Position numbers and translations under genes: made by a program. Positions 59,968 to 64,000 of a stretch of DNA of 64,000 nucleotides are shown piece after piece. Every line of letters begins with the position of its first letter. Within the stretch, counting starts at the first letter, position 1. The stretch is from a virus (taxonomy: Duplodnaviria; Caudoviricetes). The notes beneath the pieces are model-generated. The model was given only the letters and a program-made list of their open reading frames with translations. It did no database searches and was not told where the DNA came from. Where the stretch lies: IMG/VR virus record IMGVR_UViG_3300021598_001506, positions 2,408-66,407 of that record; one strand, written 5' to 3'.

Positions 59968-60205
59968 CTTTTACCTTCGCAATCACTTGTGCAGAGTATT
60001 CGTATACAGACGTAATGTCTTCTTTTTGAGTGACTATTAGTTCGTAATTGACTTGTTGAAAATTTTCTGGAGTGTCTTCTTCGTCAAAAAAATCATCTCC
60101 TTCGTCATTAGTCCCTAAAAATTTTGCAATAGCTATGTCAGCTTTTTCACGAAGCTCTTCATAACTATCACCCTGAACTGTTATGTTCAGGGTAATACTT
60201 TTCAT
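59954..60205 (-). CDS. hypothetical protein
   Basis: 83-aa ORF overlapping its neighbours. Confidence 0.65.
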   Translation of the reverse strand: MKSITLNITVQGDSYEELREKADIAIAKFLGTNDEGDDFFDEEDTPENFQQVNYELIVTQKEDITSVYEYSAQVIAKVKDVRK

Positions 60206-60639
60206 GTCAAGACCAGCTTCTCTAATTTAGCTGGTGGGTAGTGAGCCCCGTCAAGAACAGGTTCTTTACCATCATTACTTTTAATAATGACGTCTCCGTA
60301 CCTAACACCCACAACAACGCCTCGACGTCCGTTGTGAATTGATCCGAGCTCTCCATCAAAAGCATTAGCTTTGACTCGTACTTGTTCGGCTACTTTAATA
60401 AAACCTGCTTGTACTGGAATCCAAGTTTCATTTTTATTTTCTTTAACAACAATGTGACCTTTTGCTAGTGAAGCAAACATGTCAATTGCTTTATTTTTAA
60501 ATTCAGGAGTAAGGTCTAAAGACTCAATCAGTTCGATTAATTTCATTGTGGCATCGCCAACTGGCTTTCTTACCTTAGCTGCCTGTAATTGGGATTTAAC
60601 CCAATCCATGTCTAACTTTGACATTTGACCTCCTTTCAT
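60202..60639 (-). CDS. hypothetical protein (possible SH3-like C-terminus)
   Basis: 145-aa ORF; true start may be the MSKLD Met, which has SD AAGGAGG. Confidence 0.7.
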   Translation of the reverse strand: MKGGQMSKLDMDWVKSQLQAAKVRKPVGDATMKLIELIESLDLTPEFKNKAIDMFASLAKGHIVVKENKNETWIPVQAGFIKVAEQVRVKANAFDGELGSIHNGRRGVVVGVRYGDVIIKSNDGKEPVLDGAHYPPAKLEKLVLT

Positions 60640-60673
60640 ACAGTGTATTAGTTTTTAGTTGTTTAGTAAAGGT

Positions 60674-61702
60674 TTAAGCTAACTGTTTTAGTGTTTTAGT
60701 TAATTTTTCGTTTATATCATCTTGGCTAGGGAGTTGATCAAGATATGATTGTTTTTGACTAAACGCCAACTCTGTTCGTTCCACTGTGTCCATAAGCTCT
60801 ACGCTTGTTGCAAGATGTCTCCACTCTTCTCCCATGTACCCAGTAATTTTCCAATCGTGAACTACAGGAACCCCCTGAGACAGAGATTGAGCAAGTGCAG
60901 GAGACCACCAAGATTCATTATTTCTATAGGTAGATACAATCGTTCCGACTGCTCCACGGATGTGAGTAAGAGTCTCTGATTCAACTTCCCAAACGTCTTG
61001 TTTGATTGGGACAACCTTTTTTGTCAACATTTGAGCATAACTTTTTCCAGAAGAATTAAAAGCATCGCAAACCCAATACTCATCACTGAGGTAGTAGTTT
61101 TTTGTTTTTTCTGGCTGAAGAAGAATATAGGAATCCACACTCACGCCTACTAGGCTTTCTGCAGAAAGGTTAGGCAAATACTTAGTTAGTAAATCTGTAG
61201 TTGACCATGGGTACGATGGGTAAAAAGTTGTAGGCCACTGCTCATTACTTAGGTATTCAACAAAACTCTTAATCTCGGCTTTAAGCTCTGGATTATCTAC
61301 AACATCGGAATAACTTTTTCTTCTGTCGTAAAAACTTTTGAAAGTTGACGCTTCGTTGGTCCAAGCATTTAACGAAGGTGGGATTTTAAAACTTTCTGGG
61401 GCATCAATTAAAAGAGACAGATTGCCTATCTCTCTACACTTATTTGCTGTTATAAAAGCAGGATAGATTTTGTTAGCAGAGATGCTGGTTGTTGGAGCAA
61501 TACCAACTATTACCAAATCAAACTCCTCTAAGTATGACTTTTCCCAGCTGATTTGAGGAGAAGCAAAAGTAACGTCAATACCAGCATTTTTAAAATTTTG
61601 ACCTAGTAAATTACTAAAAGTAGGGGTTCTCTCTGCATGCTTTTTAGAGGCTTGTTGTGCAGTACACCCAGTAATTAAAACTTTCATAATGTCCTTTTTC
61701 AT
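60674..61702 (-). CDS. hypothetical protein, possibly glycosyltransferase-like
   Basis: MKVLITG start, FDLVIVG and late QSLSQGVPVV resemble the GT-B layout; function weakly supported. Confidence 0.45.
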   Translation of the reverse strand: MKKDIMKVLITGCTAQQASKKHAERTPTFSNLLGQNFKNAGIDVTFASPQISWEKSYLEEFDLVIVGIAPTTSISANKIYPAFITANKCREIGNLSLLIDAPESFKIPPSLNAWTNEASTFKSFYDRRKSYSDVVDNPELKAEIKSFVEYLSNEQWPTTFYPSYPWSTTDLLTKYLPNLSAESLVGVSVDSYILLQPEKTKNYYLSDEYWVCDAFNSSGKSYAQMLTKKVVPIKQDVWEVESETLTHIRGAVGTIVSTYRNNESWWSPALAQSLSQGVPVVHDWKITGYMGEEWRHLATSVELMDTVERTELAFSQKQSYLDQLPSQDDINEKLTKTLKQLA

Positions 61703-61710
61703 TTATGTGA

Positions 61711-61743
61711 AGAGCCACCCAACGCTAAACGTTGGGCGGCTCT
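61711..61743 (-). terminator. hairpin terminator after the SSB-like gene
   Basis: 14-bp stem AGAGCCGCCCAACG/CGTTGGGTGGCTCT; the G-U pair forms only on the minus strand. Confidence 0.7.
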
Positions 61744-61758
61744 AACACAGATGTCACC

Positions 61759-62292
61759 TTAAAACGGTGCTGCTGGTGCCGCCGCAGGTGCAGCAGCTGG
61801 TGCTGGTGCAGGTGCAGGGGCTGGTGCAGGGGCTGGTGCCGCTGCAGCTGGTGCTGGTGGTACTGCAGCTCCTGCAGTTGCTCCACCCGCTGCTGGGTAG
61901 TAGTTCTTAATTTCGTTCTTCTTGTTACCCTGATAAGTCTTCTGACCAATCTGAGCACGGAAGCGTCGACCCTGAAGTGCTGCTTCAATTTGTGCATTTG
62001 ATGGTGCACGGTCGAAAAAGTCTTTTGCAAGACCTAGTGCGCTCATCTTACGGAAAAAGATTCCGAGAGCTGTTGGGTTCTCAGGCGAAATTGTTAGGTT
62101 GTCCCAAACAAGACGCTTTGCAAAAGCACCAGATTCAACTTGTGCCTTAAGCGAGAACATTGTCTTACCAGACTGCGTTACCTTTGCAACGGCTTCTACA
62201 ACATTCAAGTCATAGTCGCCATCTGGTAGTGGCTCATAGGATGCAGATTCACCTGCATTTTTAATGAGGTCTGCCCAATTGAGAGTACTCAT
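61759..62292 (-). CDS. DUF669-like single-stranded DNA-binding protein
   Basis: YEPLPDGDY, SGKTM, Y.G.K.NEIK; Pro/Ala linker ending APF. Confidence 0.75.
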   Translation of the reverse strand: MSTLNWADLIKNAGESASYEPLPDGDYDLNVVEAVAKVTQSGKTMFSLKAQVESGAFAKRLVWDNLTISPENPTALGIFFRKMSALGLAKDFFDRAPSNAQIEAALQGRRFRAQIGQKTYQGNKKNEIKNYYPAAGGATAGAAVPPAPAAAAPAPAPAPAPAPAPAAAPAAAPAAPF

Positions 62293-63077
62293 GCGTTTGC
62301 TTCTTTCTTAGTAGTGGTGGTTTGTTCTGTTTGTGGTACTTGTTTTGGTCCGAAAATAGTGTCGAGCATGACATCAATAGATAGTTTGTCTTGCTCAACA
62401 ATCGAGCCCAATCGGCCTTGAACTCGTTCTCCTGCTTCATACTCATTTGTGCGTTCGACGTACATACGACGAACCTTGTAAGGAGGTGAAAGCGGGTCAG
62501 GATTTGGGAAAGATTCGATAGCCAAAGCGCCAAGAATGTCGTAGAAATATGGCGCTTGAATAGCGAGCTGACCCTGTAGGTAAGGTCTGTGCTTTCCATC
62601 CTGAGTCACACGAGACATTGCTGTAAGAACAACAGCCTCGAGTGGGTTAGTTGGGTGCATTGTTAGGTCGCGGAGGTCGCGTAGAAGTCCGCCCATGTGG
62701 CGAAGCAACTCGCCCCACTGCTGCATCTTCATCTGCTCATTTCCAGCGATGCTGTCCATGCACTTAACTTGTAACTCTGAAATAGAGTCAATAATCAATG
62801 ACTTAAATTGGTGCTTACCAAGTTGTAACCATTGATAGGTTTTAATCACCGTGTCGTAATCACGTACTGTGACTACGCAGGTATCCCAAGTTCCATCTGC
62901 TACAGGTGGTTCCTCTCGCAGTGGGTCCCAGTACTTAACGACGATAGGCAAGAATCTGTGTCCGCCTTCAACGTCAAGCATGAGTCGTGGGTATGGTGCG
63001 GTTACGGCAAAAGTTGACTTACCAACCTTTGATTCTCCGTAAACCATTACGGTCAGAGACCGTTGGATTTCACTCAT
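62289..63077 (-). CDS. AAA_24/Sak4-like ATPase (single-strand annealing recombinase)
   Basis: YGESKVGKST, LDVEGG, IIDSISE and QQWG motifs; next to SSB and exonuclease. Confidence 0.82.
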   Translation of the reverse strand: MSEIQRSLTVMVYGESKVGKSTFAVTAPYPRLMLDVEGGHRFLPIVVKYWDPLREEPPVADGTWDTCVVTVRDYDTVIKTYQWLQLGKHQFKSLIIDSISELQVKCMDSIAGNEQMKMQQWGELLRHMGGLLRDLRDLTMHPTNPLEAVVLTAMSRVTQDGKHRPYLQGQLAIQAPYFYDILGALAIESFPNPDPLSPPYKVRRMYVERTNEYEAGERVQGRLGSIVEQDKLSIDVMLDTIFGPKQVPQTEQTTTTKKEANA

Positions 63078-63080
63078 GCG

Positions 63081-63998
63081 TCACTCGTTTCCTTTAGTTT
63101 CTTCTTGACCATAGTAAGCATATGGATCTGCTACTACGAAGTTATCACTGATTGCTTGTTCTGCGGCACTGCCATCATCAACAAGTGTGCAAACAGTGAA
63201 GAATGGGCACTTCCATTTGCAGTCACGCGAAGGGCGTGGGTACGCATGGAAAGCTGGGTTCTCACCTTCATCCAATGCTGTTCTAACACGCATCATGTCG
63301 GCAATAGTGCCGTGTAGACGGTCCCAGAAGGAGCGTAGGGTGAAGATGTTGTGCCGTACTTCGATTTGGTCGTAGAACGGCGGACGTGCCGCTGCAGAAC
63401 GTCGGACCTTCTTCAACATTGTGAAGATGCCTCCATCTGAGCGTTCTGACTCATCCTTCTTGGTGGATTCCAAGAGCATGTAAGTCAAAATCTGTTCATT
63501 CATTGGTGCAAGGTTTGCAAACTCGCTTAAAGAACCGCCAACAGTTTTAAAGTCGCGGAACATACGAACGCCATCACCTTTGCGACGTACACGCATATCA
63601 AGCTTTCCAGTGAGTTCAACTTCTCCATTGAAAAGCGGTGCAGTAATAACTTCTTCTGTAGAAATCATTTCAAGTTCAGCATCAACGCCGTTTTCTTCTA
63701 CCCACTGCAGGTAGCCTTCAAGCATGATGTGCCCGAGTTCGCCTTCTTTTTCTAGCTCAGAGACATCCTTGAACTCTGCAAGAAGTAGTTGCTTCTCTGC
63801 ATTTAAAAGATTTGCGTGGGATTCTAGAAGTGGAGTTCCATTAGCATAGTAATCATCTAACGCAGCGTGGATTCGAGTACCAAGCACAAGCGCACCTGTG
63901 GAATCTCTATACTTTGGTTGCAGTCTTCTGTAGTAGGTAAGCCACCATTTGCGACGGCAATCTTTAAATGTTTGAATCTCGCTGTTGGAGATTCTGAC
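63081..63998 (-). CDS. Cas4/RecB-like PD-(D/E)XK exonuclease, 5' end outside the window
   Basis: frame open to the window edge (ISNSEIQTFKDCRRKW); GTRIH, GKLD, DFKT, Q...Y and C-terminal CKWKCPF..VC. Confidence 0.85.
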   Translation of the reverse strand, partial: VRISNSEIQTFKDCRRKWWLTYYRRLQPKYRDSTGALVLGTRIHAALDDYYANGTPLLESHANLLNAEKQLLLAEFKDVSELEKEGELGHIMLEGYLQWVEENGVDAELEMISTEEVITAPLFNGEVELTGKLDMRVRRKGDGVRMFRDFKTVGGSLSEFANLAPMNEQILTYMLLESTKKDESERSDGGIFTMLKKVRRSAAARPPFYDQIEVRHNIFTLRSFWDRLHGTIADMMRVRTALDEGENPAFHAYPRPSRDCKWKCPFFTVCTLVDDGSAAEQAISDNFVVADPYAYYGQEETKGNE

Positions 63999-64000
63999 TA

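Noticed and set aside
63081-63998. CRISPR-Cas system suggested by the Cas4-like nuclease
   Set aside because: No cas1/cas2 or array; the Sak4-like/SSB context indicates a phage recombination exonuclease

Overview
The window is an internal segment of a large tailed-phage genome that most likely infects an Actinobacterium. The evidence is two whiB genes, thyX, a terminase large subunit, a Prim-Pol/D5 primase-helicase, a Sak4-like/SSB/Cas4-like recombination module and many leaderless TANNNT promoters. No portal, capsid, integrase-att pair or reverse transcriptase is visible. Layout: (1) 1-17.5 kb is an accessory region with glycan-related enzymes, a candidate cobalamin module (DUF4430-like protein plus PduO), tRNA-Thr(UGU) and tRNA-Gln(UUG), a CHAP lysis cassette, a CPA2 antiporter, a small fibre module, NlpC/P60, Dam, ThyX and a serine recombinase, punctuated by a five-copy 20-bp motif. 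(2) 17.6-28.5 kb holds a large secreted surface protein, terminase, primase-helicase and a metallophosphoesterase. (3) 28.6-58.1 kb is a co-oriented cluster of Thr-rich collagen-like and giant repeat fibre proteins, with a subtilisin, a methyltransferase, a GT2-TPR glycosyltransferase and a flavin-dependent halogenase-like gene. (4) 58.1-64 kb is a minus-strand regulation/recombination block. The best candidates for an undescribed system are the collagen-coat assembly/glycosylation cluster, the B12 capture/activation module, the dispersed GGAACGGGAGCCCGGAAAAT element, and the CRP-box plus pseudoknot control region of the NlpC/P60 gene. All family calls come from motif recognition by eye, not database searches.
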